This document shows positions 14,276 to 22,420 of a stretch of 40,562 nucleotides of DNA, in pieces. The notes under the pieces were generated by a model. The model ran no database searches. It saw nothing but the letters and a program-made list of their open reading frames with translations, and had not been told where the DNA came from. The DNA is taken from IMG/VR virus record IMGVR_UViG_3300042402_002792, one strand, 5' to 3'. A program made the position numbers and the translations under genes. Origin of the DNA: a virus (Duplodnaviria > Heunggongvirae > Uroviricota > Caudoviricetes). Position 1 is the first letter of the stretch. Every line of letters begins with the position of its first letter.

Positions 14276-14563
14276 CTATCGGTCAGCAGATCTGTCAATG
14301 GTTCCTAGAATATATTTGGAAAATTTGAGCTCAAAGATTGTACACCATTTTGGATCTATGATACTCAAACTGGCATGCGGATCTTTGACATGACCTCGAT
14401 ATAGAGTCCAATCACGAAACTCTCTACCCAAATTGTCTTTACACCATTGTTCGATGTCTTCAATGCCGTGTCTGGGTATTTTATAGCTCTTATAAAATCG
14501 AGCCATATACTCTTTGACTAATCGATTTAGTTGTTCAGGGTCGAGCCCCACTTCATCGTCCAA
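14276..14563 (-). CDS. LRW-family-like small protein
   Basis: IEQWCKDNLG...WCTIFELKF; start uncertain. Confidence 0.65.
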   Translation of the reverse strand: MDDEVGLDPEQLNRLVKEYMARFYKSYKIPRHGIEDIEQWCKDNLGREFRDWTLYRGHVKDPHASLSIIDPKWCTIFELKFSKYILGTIDRSADR

Positions 14564-14886
14564 AATGTATAGTCCCTTCCTCGAAGTTTGGCTGTAATAG
14601 CAAACTGATGACCCCAGTTGAGTAGATCAGGCTGTTGATGCCAAATAGGTGTTTCGATAGCATGTGCTATAATCCACTGGCCTTGTTCACTTTGTTCCCA
14701 TTCGATGAAAGGCTGTGCCGCATAGAGTACGGGATCCTCAACATCACCAATTCGAAATCTGTGTACTACAACTTTGTGTATACGTTCGGCAATGCCGTTG
14801 ATAACTTGAATGTCATATTCGTGTCTGTTAGATAAAGGCGAGCCGTCTATGGTCCCGTGATTTGATTTGATATCTGCTACACTCAT
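14527..14886 (-). CDS. LRW-family-like protein
   Basis: C-terminal DYTFWTMKW. Confidence 0.7.
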   Translation of the reverse strand: MSVADIKSNHGTIDGSPLSNRHEYDIQVINGIAERIHKVVVHRFRIGDVEDPVLYAAQPFIEWEQSEQGQWIIAHAIETPIWHQQPDLLNWGHQFAITAKLRGRDYTFWTMKWGSTLNN

Positions 14887-15692
14887 GGATATACTATTAT
14901 GTCAATTTCGCTTGCAACTGCTTGTTTAAAAGGAATAAAATTAATCAACAGTTCAGATAATTTTGTACGCTCTTGTCCATTCTTTTGCCCAAGAATAACA
15001 ACCCCGTGCATAGATCCCGTTCGTTCCACTAACATAACTACACATCTACCTGCGGCATTAGTAGTACCCGTTTTGCTTAACAAAATATTATCATAGTGAA
15101 AGATAACAGGATTAGTATTTTTCAAATGTATAGTAATTGTTTTCTTGCCTTTGGGTATCTTAAGTGTGGCTTGTTGTTCTCTGCTAATATTGTTAATGAC
15201 GTCAATATTTTTAATACGTTGCATGAACAGCACTAGGTTATCTACAGTACTTTTATTTCCTGCTAACAGGCCACTGGCATCTACAATGGTAGTGTCAATA
15301 AGCCCCCAACCTCTAACCCAACTATTAGTATCTTCTAAAAAAGCTGCCATACCGCCAGGGTATGTCAAAGCCAATGTTTCGGCAGCTAGATTATCTGAGC
15401 TGATCAACATAGCTCGCATCAGGTCAATTCGTTTGATCATCGATCCTCGATTAAACCTACCCCCACTGCGACCTTGTACTTTGACTTTCTCGTCTAAGTC
15501 TAAGCCAGCTCGTAAAATAGTAGTAGCAGTAAACAGTTTGGTTATGCTGGCAATACTGCGAACTTCACTGCGATTAAAAACCTGCTGATACTCTGAACGA
15601 TCGTAGTCATAGAGACCCCAGGCGCCTTGACTAGGCTGTGTATAACCGATAGAACTTAGGCAAAGCATGCCTGTAATAAAAAGTTTTTTCAT
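14883..15692 (-). CDS. peptidase S11 (D-alanyl-D-alanine carboxy/endopeptidase, PBP7/DacA-like)
   Basis: Signal peptide; SxxK (ASITKL), SDN and KTG motifs; TAAATA 4 nt before the ATG. Confidence 0.9.
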   Translation of the reverse strand: MKKLFITGMLCLSSIGYTQPSQGAWGLYDYDRSEYQQVFNRSEVRSIASITKLFTATTILRAGLDLDEKVKVQGRSGGRFNRGSMIKRIDLMRAMLISSDNLAAETLALTYPGGMAAFLEDTNSWVRGWGLIDTTIVDASGLLAGNKSTVDNLVLFMQRIKNIDVINNISREQQATLKIPKGKKTITIHLKNTNPVIFHYDNILLSKTGTTNAAGRCVVMLVERTGSMHGVVILGQKNGQERTKLSELLINFIPFKQAVASEIDIIVYP

Positions 15693-15706
15693 GCAATATT
15701 TATGGA

Positions 15707-16090
15707 TTAGCCCGACCCAGGAAATTCGTCAAGTTCGGTGTGTTCGCCAACTATTTTATCTAAAATATCGTAGTTAGCTTCTGCACGTTGGATAGCTTCA
15801 TATGCTTTCTTGAGTGCAGGATTCTCTTGAATGCGCTTTTCTCTAAGACGTTGTCGATCACGTTCTTGACGAGCCCAGTTTAGAATACTTTCTGCCTCTG
15901 GGTCTAAAGCAACTGTGGCATAACTCATACCTAATTGTTTCCACATACTGCCGTCGTTGACTTCCATGCAGTTCATGTTTGGATTCCAGCGCATCATACC
16001 TGCGCCTGCTGAGCCTGGTGAGATATAAGGATCACTAGATGATCCTCCATTTACTATAACATACTTTCCGCCTGTTATACCTTTAATCAT
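15707..16090 (-). CDS. conserved phage hypothetical protein
   Basis: AAGGA RBS; 127 aa. Confidence 0.75.
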   Translation of the reverse strand: MIKGITGGKYVIVNGGSSSDPYISPGSAGAGMMRWNPNMNCMEVNDGSMWKQLGMSYATVALDPEAESILNWARQERDRQRLREKRIQENPALKKAYEAIQRAEANYDILDKIVGEHTELDEFPGSG

Positions 16091-16110
16091 TTTTTAATCC
16101 TTAGGTTGAC

Positions 16111-16329
16111 TTATAATGCGTGTTGATTGTAGGTAGGAGACTGTTCGCAAATATATTTGCCAGTCCATAGGTGTTTAACTATATTACAGTCAGCACCGGT
16201 CGCTAGACTAGCACCGTGATCTACAATGCTCTTACCTGTAGTAATTACACTGGCTACACTAGCTGTATTATAAGTAGCACACCCATTGAGACTTGCTAGA
16301 GTCAAACCGACTACAGCAAGTTTTAACAT
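16111..16329 (-). CDS. small lipoprotein
   Basis: Lipobox LNGC. Confidence 0.7.
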   Translation of the reverse strand: MLKLAVVGLTLASLNGCATYNTASVASVITTGKSIVDHGASLATGADCNIVKHLWTGKYICEQSPTYNQHAL

Positions 16330-16886
16330 TAATCTAACTCTTTAAGAGCCTGTGGTGCTCTGGCTGCTGCCAGTTCACGTTGACGTGCGGCTTCTTTAGC
16401 TCGACGTAGAATGTTAGCATCGCCTGTTGGCATAACAACTAACACATAGGCACGATATCGATTACCTTCAGCAATCATCTTAATACCATCTTTTGACACT
16501 TCAACACCTGTAAGGTCAACTTCTTTACAGCTAGACTTTAGTGCCATTTCGCTAAACTCAGTACTGGTTGCTTCGCTGTCAGTTCGATAGATCTTAGTTT
16601 TTTGACTAGCAGTGCCGCCAACACTCATACAGATCTTTCCGTATGCATCAGCTTTGGCTTTGTGAATAGCCATAGAGTAATCACCACTGACACTAGTACC
16701 CGAAGCATAAACAGCCGAACTACTAGTTGGCAGATCAGTCATCCATTTAGGCGCTTTGTCGATAGTACGCTCAACCTGCCGAATCTGTCGGTCACGTTCT
16801 TGTTCAGCACGTTTGGCCATAGGATCAGTTGTACCACATGCGGCAAGCAGGGCAACAATTGGCAACAGTGTTAAAATCTTTTTCAT
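16329..16886 (-). CDS. lipoprotein (LPP20-like)
   Basis: Lipobox LAAC; APKW...Y.SG...AI.KAKADA pattern. Confidence 0.8.
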   Translation of the reverse strand: MKKILTLLPIVALLAACGTTDPMAKRAEQERDRQIRQVERTIDKAPKWMTDLPTSSSAVYASGTSVSGDYSMAIHKAKADAYGKICMSVGGTASQKTKIYRTDSEATSTEFSEMALKSSCKEVDLTGVEVSKDGIKMIAEGNRYRAYVLVVMPTGDANILRRAKEAARQRELAAARAPQALKELD

Positions 16887-16887
16887 A

Positions 16888-17016
16888 TTAGTTACCTACT
16901 TTCTTGATGTATTGCCCAGCTCGACTCAAGTCTTCACCTGCGCCCGAAACTGCGCCACCGATTGTGCCACAGGCAGTAAGTGATAGTGTTGCTACAATTA
17001 CGATTAGTCTTTTCAT
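16888..17016 (-). CDS. entericidin EcnA/B-like lipopeptide, 42 aa (not in ORF track)
   Basis: MKRLIVIVATLSLTACGTIGGAVSGAGEDLSRAGQYIKKVGN; lipobox LTAC plus GxGED motif; GAGGAG RBS. Confidence 0.7.
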   Translation of the reverse strand: MKRLIVIVATLSLTACGTIGGAVSGAGEDLSRAGQYIKKVGN

Positions 17017-17141
17017 TTTGCAGTCTCCTCAATGATAGTCTTTGTGTGTGTTACAGATTTGTCGATCATTTTGGCAACGCCAGTAAGACCAACAGTTGAA
17101 ATTATAATGCCAAAAAGTATGCCTAAAATAAAGTTTCCCAT
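17013..17141 (-). CDS. small membrane protein, 42 aa (not in ORF track)
   Basis: MGNFILGILFGIIISTVGLTGVAKMIDKSVTHTKTIIEETAK. Confidence 0.65.
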   Translation of the reverse strand: MGNFILGILFGIIISTVGLTGVAKMIDKSVTHTKTIIEETAK

Positions 17142-17150
17142 AGCGTGCCT

Positions 17151-17723
17151 TTACCATTTATCTACCACACGCCAGACCTTTTGATCTCGCGCACGACAGA
17201 TAATACCTTGCTCCATATCAACTGCACCTATGCGAGGCCTTGATTCTACAAACCAACGACATAGGCTTCCTCGATAACCAAACTCTGTTTTGTTAAGAGG
17301 ATGCGGCTGTACTTCGCTTTCCCAAACCATGTCACCAACATCGACTTTAGGTCTATCTTTGGGCATGGGCTTATCTGTACAGATCATTTCTTGACTAGCG
17401 TTAATACGTGATCCGCTCACAGATTCTAATATATTGATCCTTGTAGCAGTTTGTGCTCTACGACAAGCTTGATCAATACTTTCATTATTATTAAACAACT
17501 CTTCACCCTGCGCTGTGTGCCAGCGTCCGTCTATCAAAGCTCTAAATGTTACACGACATCTACTTTGAGTTCGATTAACAGGTGTTACAGATTGCTCAAC
17601 ATCAGTTGTGCGCTCAATCTTACTAAGCAGAGTCTGAGTTGTTGCTGAACGCATATAACATTCAGCCTGAGTTTGACTTGCAAGAAAGATTAATAACCAC
17701 GGCAGTTTGTTCTTATAGACCAT
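17151..17723 (-). CDS. secreted Cys-containing hypothetical protein
   Basis: Signal-like N-terminus ending in TQA/EC; six Cys. Confidence 0.75.
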   Translation of the reverse strand: MVYKNKLPWLLIFLASQTQAECYMRSATTQTLLSKIERTTDVEQSVTPVNRTQSRCRVTFRALIDGRWHTAQGEELFNNNESIDQACRRAQTATRINILESVSGSRINASQEMICTDKPMPKDRPKVDVGDMVWESEVQPHPLNKTEFGYRGSLCRWFVESRPRIGAVDMEQGIICRARDQKVWRVVDKW

Positions 17724-17968
17724 AGTATTGTTTTAGCAGAACTGGTACGTTGTTGGGCTGTCTGATATCCAGATAGGTTAGCAAAACTAGCTCGCCATTC
17801 TGGGTAATCTACGTTTGGATAATCTATAACTCTAGCAAGATCACTGCTCATTTTACCAGCCCATGCACAGTTTACCTGTACAGGACTAATAGGCTGTTCT
17901 ACTCTAGCAACATGACTGCTAGAAGCACATCCTGTAAGTAATCCGCAAAGAATTAAAATAGTTCTCAT
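17690..17968 (-). CDS. lipoprotein
   Basis: Lipobox LTGC. Confidence 0.75.
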   Translation of the reverse strand: MRTILILCGLLTGCASSSHVARVEQPISPVQVNCAWAGKMSSDLARVIDYPNVDYPEWRASFANLSGYQTAQQRTSSAKTILWSIRTNCRGY

Positions 17969-18006
17969 ACTATTATAATACAGTCTATTCGAAATAAAAT
18001 CAACCG

Positions 18007-18237
18007 TTATGGCTGTTTTCCACTCCAGCGAAGAATAAACCAGTCTCTTTGGCTTTCTTTTCGAAAACTGAACAGTCGTCCAGTCATACGCATACCAGTA
18101 CCAAACTCACTGTTGCACCAATCTTCCATTTCTTTGAGTTCTTCATCGGACACTTTGGTCACATCCTCTCCGTCGTCATCTTCTACCAAAACACCAGGCA
18201 AACGGAACATGCCAACTTCACAAGTTTTCAATATCAT
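18007..18237 (-). CDS. LRW-family small protein
   Basis: MEDWC...FSFRKESQRDWFILRWS. Confidence 0.75.
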   Translation of the reverse strand: MILKTCEVGMFRLPGVLVEDDDGEDVTKVSDEELKEMEDWCNSEFGTGMRMTGRLFSFRKESQRDWFILRWSGKQP

Positions 18238-18570
18238 TTAAGAACTCCACCTTAATAGGAACATGGTAATATGCTTGTCTTCTTTGAACAACCACATGTC
18301 AAAACTCAATCGTTTGGCTGAAGGAATGTTAGTCCAAATCCAATTCTGTACTTCATCCATATCACCATCACGTAGCCCTCGTTCGAACCCTCGTGGCCCT
18401 ACTTCTGTGTAGGCTTTGAGTTTGCGTCCCGGCAATCGTAGCCAAGATATCTTAACCGGTACATCCATATTGCTGTTCCATATGTTCATCCACTTCTGAA
18501 GTTCGCTCTTGCCAACCCCACGCCCTGTGAGCTGAACCAAGCCTTGCCCTTTGTATTGATAGTTACTCAT
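18238..18570 (-). CDS. LRW-family small protein
   Basis: VQNWI...WLFKEDKHITMFLLRWS. Confidence 0.75.
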   Translation of the reverse strand: MSNYQYKGQGLVQLTGRGVGKSELQKWMNIWNSNMDVPVKISWLRLPGRKLKAYTEVGPRGFERGLRDGDMDEVQNWIWTNIPSAKRLSFDMWLFKEDKHITMFLLRWSS

Positions 18571-18838
18571 GGTATGTGATTAAATCAAATGCTGTTGCAT
18601 ACTGTGTTTCAGGTTCCATATGGAAGCCAGTGCCCCATACTACCCAAACTTTACGTTTATAAACCTTCTTCCACCAAATGCCTCTGCCAGTGACAGTCTT
18701 AACAGGCCACCAAGCAAACACTTCGTGCCATGGATAACAGTCTGCTCCGTTGGTTATAATAGTGTATTCCATTTTGCGTTTCTTATAGCCTTGCACGTCA
18801 ATGTTCCATCCTATACTCCGGCCCCAAACTATTTTCAT
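18563..18838 (-). CDS. FAWxPV-family small protein
   Basis: PWHEVFAWWPVKT..GR.IW.K.VY.R; ATGA overlap. Confidence 0.7.
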   Translation of the reverse strand: MKIVWGRSIGWNIDVQGYKKRKMEYTIITNGADCYPWHEVFAWWPVKTVTGRGIWWKKVYKRKVWVVWGTGFHMEPETQYATAFDLITYHE

Positions 18839-19152
18839 TTGAAACTTTCTTCTAACCAATCTTTGGCAAAGCTATAGGTCTTGTTCTCTATTATATACTC
18901 ACTGAAGGCAATTCTAAAGAGGTATGCTGCCTTTCGGCTTTCAAACTGTATCAAAGGTAACACTATTCGGCGATCTGCATCACTCTTTAGATGATTCTCT
19001 TGATAGTTATGTATAATATGGAATCGTTCAAACGGACCGTTGGCTGGATAGTTCTTGCACCATTCAATCATATCACTGTTGGTTGTCTGCATGAGAAAAC
19101 GATAGGTAAAGTCTGGACGATTGTTGCCGCCGCTGGTAAAGTAGTATTCCAT
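18835..19152 (-). CDS. LRW-family-like small protein
   Basis: MIEWC...IQFESRKAAYLFRIAF. Confidence 0.7.
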   Translation of the reverse strand: MEYYFTSGGNNRPDFTYRFLMQTTNSDMIEWCKNYPANGPFERFHIIHNYQENHLKSDADRRIVLPLIQFESRKAAYLFRIAFSEYIIENKTYSFAKDWLEESFK

Positions 19153-19153
19153 A

Positions 19154-19342
19154 TCAACTCTTTATAACATCAAAGACAGTGCCATACTCGTAATGAGACC
19201 AATCATCAAAGTCAACATAGGTGTTGATGCAACGACGGTAGACAGTCTTTAACCAAACACGACGACCGTGTATCTTTACTGGACGCCAGGCAAACCATTG
19301 CTGCCAGGGCATTGTTTCTATTTTTCTAGCAACAAGAGTCAT
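19154..19342 (-). CDS. FAWxPV-family small protein
   Basis: PWQQWFAWRPVKIHGRRVWLKTVYRR. Confidence 0.75.
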   Translation of the reverse strand: MTLVARKIETMPWQQWFAWRPVKIHGRRVWLKTVYRRCINTYVDFDDWSHYEYGTVFDVIKS

Positions 19343-19593
19343 CGTGCCCACCTCAATGCAAACCAAAATGCTTCTTTGTCATCTACAAACTCAATGAACT
19401 TTTCTTTTAAGTATCCTGGACTGTGATAATAAGGATATTTGCAGTTTTCTTCCAACCACGCATCAACTTTGTGATCTAAATAACTGCGTTGGTATTGTGC
19501 CTGTACACCGTCTACAGTGTCGGCATACTTTACCTTGTGTAACACAGGCACACGAACACCGAGATATTTGCTTTCTTTATAAGTTATGGTCAT
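19339..19593 (-). CDS. LRW-family small protein
   Basis: VDAWLEENC...IEFVDDKEAFWFALRWA. Confidence 0.8.
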   Translation of the reverse strand: MTITYKESKYLGVRVPVLHKVKYADTVDGVQAQYQRSYLDHKVDAWLEENCKYPYYHSPGYLKEKFIEFVDDKEAFWFALRWAR

Positions 19594-19775
19594 TGCGCCC
19601 ACCTTAGTGCAAACCACATAGCGTCTCGTTCATCGCTGAAAAAGTAATCAACCTGTGTAGGATCATAGGTGTTATACCCGTCACAATGCAGATCATTGGT
19701 GACGTAACTGGGACAGTTAGCCTTAGCCCATTCTAGTGGAGTCCACAAGGGATCGTAGGGTATTGTGACAGTCAT
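19590..19775 (-). CDS. LRW-family small protein
   Basis: LEWAKANC...YFFSDERDAMWFALRWA. Confidence 0.8.
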   Translation of the reverse strand: MTVTIPYDPLWTPLEWAKANCPSYVTNDLHCDGYNTYDPTQVDYFFSDERDAMWFALRWAQ

Positions 19776-20167
19776 GACGAATATTTTAGTGCTATCATCA
19801 TAGCATCTCTTTCATTGTTGGTTGCAACAAACACTTGTTCTTGATCGTATCGCATATCGCTAAGATGAAACTTACCGTCCCACGGATCTCTATAGCCACG
19901 AGCAAAGTGATAGACTGCACAGTTATCCAAATCTCTGTTAGGATGCATGTACTGCCGAAAGTCCTTGCACGGAACCCAACCAAACGGTTCATTGATATCA
20001 AACATCCGTGTAGTCACAGGAATGATGTATCTGAAGTGCATGAACATATTCTCAATGGTACCAGCACGACTAACCACCGTTCCATCATACCAGTTGCGAA
20101 AATCTCGTGTTGTCTTATCTTGTCCAGTGCTCCACGTTAGATAACGATCTTTAATCCATTCAATCAT
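19772..20167 (-). CDS. LRW-family-like protein
   Basis: C-terminal NNERDAMMIALKY. Confidence 0.75.
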   Translation of the reverse strand: MIEWIKDRYLTWSTGQDKTTRDFRNWYDGTVVSRAGTIENMFMHFRYIIPVTTRMFDINEPFGWVPCKDFRQYMHPNRDLDNCAVYHFARGYRDPWDGKFHLSDMRYDQEQVFVATNNERDAMMIALKYSS

Positions 20168-20370
20168 GCCCACCTCAATGCAAACCAGTTGGCATCACGT
20201 TGATTCTTAAAATAGAACTCTGTATAGTTGTATTGATAAACAACATGCCATCGTCCTCTGAATGTGCCAAACTGTTCACCTAGCCACAGTTCAACAGGTG
20301 TGATGTCTTTAGTGTTATCTGAGTTTACTCTAACACTACAGGGCCATAGTTCTTTCTTTAATATTCTCAT
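20164..20370 (-). CDS. LRW-family small protein
   Basis: VELWLGEQFG...FYFKNQRDANWFALRWA. Confidence 0.8.
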   Translation of the reverse strand: MRILKKELWPCSVRVNSDNTKDITPVELWLGEQFGTFRGRWHVVYQYNYTEFYFKNQRDANWFALRWA

Positions 20371-20603
20371 GACCACCTCAATACAAACATCATAAACTTT
20401 TTGTCGTCTAGGACTTCGTAGTATTCAATTTTACCACGATTCAATATTAATCTTACACCATACCTGGTTTCTAAAAAGTGTAAATGGCTATCAGTGCTGG
20501 CATGTCCGGTGACGAATCTTGCTTCGGGCGGAAGATGCATTGGTGGCTTTTCTTTACACCACTGTTTGCTAACCATTTTTGAAAACTCTTCTGTAGCTAT
20601 CAT
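20367..20603 (-). CDS. LRW-family small protein
   Basis: LDDKKFMMFVLRWS. Confidence 0.75.
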   Translation of the reverse strand: MIATEEFSKMVSKQWCKEKPPMHLPPEARFVTGHASTDSHLHFLETRYGVRLILNRGKIEYYEVLDDKKFMMFVLRWS

Positions 20604-20785
20604 GCCCACCTCAAAATAAACAGCATTTTGATTTTTTCATTGACTAATTGTATTACCATTCCGTGTCTTTCGCAACCGTGATCTTCTAGCCATTTGTCAA
20701 TTACTTGTTCGTTATCGGCATAAAACATATAATCTTCAATAAGGGCAGTAGTACTATGGAATATAAATTTATTCTTTACGACCAT
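20600..20785 (-). CDS. LRW-family small protein
   Basis: IDKWLEDHG...VNEKIKMLFILRWA. Confidence 0.75.
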   Translation of the reverse strand: MVVKNKFIFHSTTALIEDYMFYADNEQVIDKWLEDHGCERHGMVIQLVNEKIKMLFILRWA

Positions 20786-20812
20786 CTCAATACAAACCGA
20801 TCAACTGTTCGT

Positions 20813-20932
20813 TCATAAAAACCACTCCTTGATGTGCCAGCCAACAATGCAGACAATATTAAACCATAAAGCAAACAACACCGTGTAGAGATATATCATA
20901 GCCCAGCGTCCTGCTCGTTCTCCTTCGGTCAT
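20813..20932 (-). CDS. small membrane protein, 39 aa (not in ORF track)
   Basis: MTEGERAGRWAMIYLYTVLFALWFNIVCIVGWHIKEWFL; GGAGG RBS, ATGA overlap. Confidence 0.6.
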   Translation of the reverse strand: MTEGERAGRWAMIYLYTVLFALWFNIVCIVGWHIKEWFL

Positions 20933-21246
20933 TGTGCCTCCACTGTCATCGGGCATCGACCATCGACTGTGGCTCCAAAACCCAAAGGACAAGCGATCTT
21001 GGTTCTATCCGCATTGCACTTGGGGCAGACCCAACCTTTGGGTTCTTCAACTCCGAAATGTTGTTTAATCTGTTCACCAATCATTCGGCCTGACCATCCC
21101 GGATGATCCTCACAAGTCTGCAACATTTCTGCCACAATCAACTCGGCGAACTTTTCTAACGTGTCTTCCCACTTAGCACGATCTTTACCTAGACCATAGA
21201 CATCTAAATGGCTTGTTCTTGCAAACTCTCTAATTCGTTCATTCAT
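20929..21246 (-). CDS. hypothetical protein (MNERI...EKFAELIV family) with C-terminal CxxC
   Basis: MNERIREFA, LEKFAELIV, IKQHFGVEE, CPKC. Confidence 0.75.
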   Translation of the reverse strand: MNERIREFARTSHLDVYGLGKDRAKWEDTLEKFAELIVAEMLQTCEDHPGWSGRMIGEQIKQHFGVEEPKGWVCPKCNADRTKIACPLGFGATVDGRCPMTVEAQ

Positions 21247-21647
21247 CTTGCTAATTCCAATAACATTTGATATTGTTCCCAAACTTTCTTTACCGCAGGA
21301 TTTCGATGTCTAATTTTATCGTCTTCTATTTCCTGCAAATACTTTTGTTTATAATACTGTGCTTCTTGTTCCATTTTACCTAACCAACGATCACGTTCGA
21401 CTAAGTCTCTAAACTTATCCTGCGGTATATAAATCTCTATCATAGGCTCTCGTTCTATTTCTTGATGAAAGGGTATGTTAGCACCGTCCTTTAACCAATC
21501 TGTATATCTTACAGGCACAGGTCTAGCATATACTTTATGCCTACTCAGTTCTGCTTGTGCTTGATACTTCTTACAAAATAAATTAACTTCGTCTTCTGCG
21601 CTTAAAGTATTTTGTGAATAATCATATTGTTGATTATAATAATTCAT
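21243..21647 (-). CDS. hypothetical protein
   Basis: C-terminal NPAVKKVWEQYQMLLEL; ATGA overlaps. Confidence 0.75.
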   Translation of the reverse strand: MNYYNQQYDYSQNTLSAEDEVNLFCKKYQAQAELSRHKVYARPVPVRYTDWLKDGANIPFHQEIEREPMIEIYIPQDKFRDLVERDRWLGKMEQEAQYYKQKYLQEIEDDKIRHRNPAVKKVWEQYQMLLELAR

Positions 21648-21907
21648 TGTTCTACATCCTGAGCCCATAATCTTACTGCTACTATAGCATCAACCATACC
21701 TTGTTCGTAGCCTTCCCAGTAAGGTCCGTACATGGCTTCATCTTTAGCATCTCGCCATCCTCTTAGATCTTTTTCAATATCTTCTAACATTAGTCTAATG
21801 AACCGTTCTAATGCAGGACGATCCAAATGTGCTAGATACAGTCGACCCCCTGCACGAGATATAATTTCATCTAATTTGTCGTTAAAGTTTACGTTTTTAT
21901 AGTCCAT
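21644..21907 (-). CDS. hypothetical protein
   Basis: ORF in overlapping operon. Confidence 0.7.
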   Translation of the reverse strand: MDYKNVNFNDKLDEIISRAGGRLYLAHLDRPALERFIRLMLEDIEKDLRGWRDAKDEAMYGPYWEGYEQGMVDAIVAVRLWAQDVEQ

Positions 21908-22193
21908 TTAACCACCTTAACTTAAACCACATGGCATCTCGGTCTTTTTCAAACATCCACACTAGACCGTGTGTCCATATAGCTCCTTTGATATTGTCTT
22001 CTACCCATGTATCAATATGATAGCACTGTTCCCAATCCATCGGAGTTAGGATAACTTCATGCCATCCTAGTTCTTGATACATAGACCTCATAAGCTGAGC
22101 ATCTATTTCAGATGCTAGTACTTTTGATTGCTCTGCAATAATTTGTTCTTGTAGTTCACCGCTACGATCAGTTAACAAACGTTTCTTTTGCAT
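21897..22193 (-). CDS. LRW-family small protein
   Basis: IDTWVEDNI...WMFEKDRDAMWFKLRW. Confidence 0.8.
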   Translation of the reverse strand: MQKKRLLTDRSGELQEQIIAEQSKVLASEIDAQLMRSMYQELGWHEVILTPMDWEQCYHIDTWVEDNIKGAIWTHGLVWMFEKDRDAMWFKLRWLNGL

Positions 22194-22198
22194 GTTGT

Positions 22199-22420
22199 TT
22201 ACTCAGCATATTTTATAGCAAACAATGTAGCATACTTTTCTGCATAAAATGTAAAGATAGTATGCCGTTCTCTAGTTGTTCCTGCAAAGGTATCGTAAAG
22301 TTCAGGATAGTGAGCAAAGTCAAAATCTTTACCCTGCCACAACCCCTGACTACGAAGTTGATACACCATTTCCATAATTTCAACTACATGACGTTGTTTT
22401 ACAATTACTTCTACAGCCAT
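22199..22420 (-). CDS. LRW-family-like small protein
   Basis: FTFYAEKYATLFAIKY. Confidence 0.75.
   Translation of the reverse strand: MAVEVIVKQRHVVEIMEMVYQLRSQGLWQGKDFDFAHYPELYDTFAGTTRERHTIFTFYAEKYATLFAIKYAE

Noticed and set aside
19339-20800. Dispersed 21-27 nt repeats as a CRISPR array or integron attC sites
   Set aside because: Spacing is 180-570 nt of coding sequence, the repeats are degenerate and non-palindromic, and no cas or integrase gene is present; they are conserved gene ends
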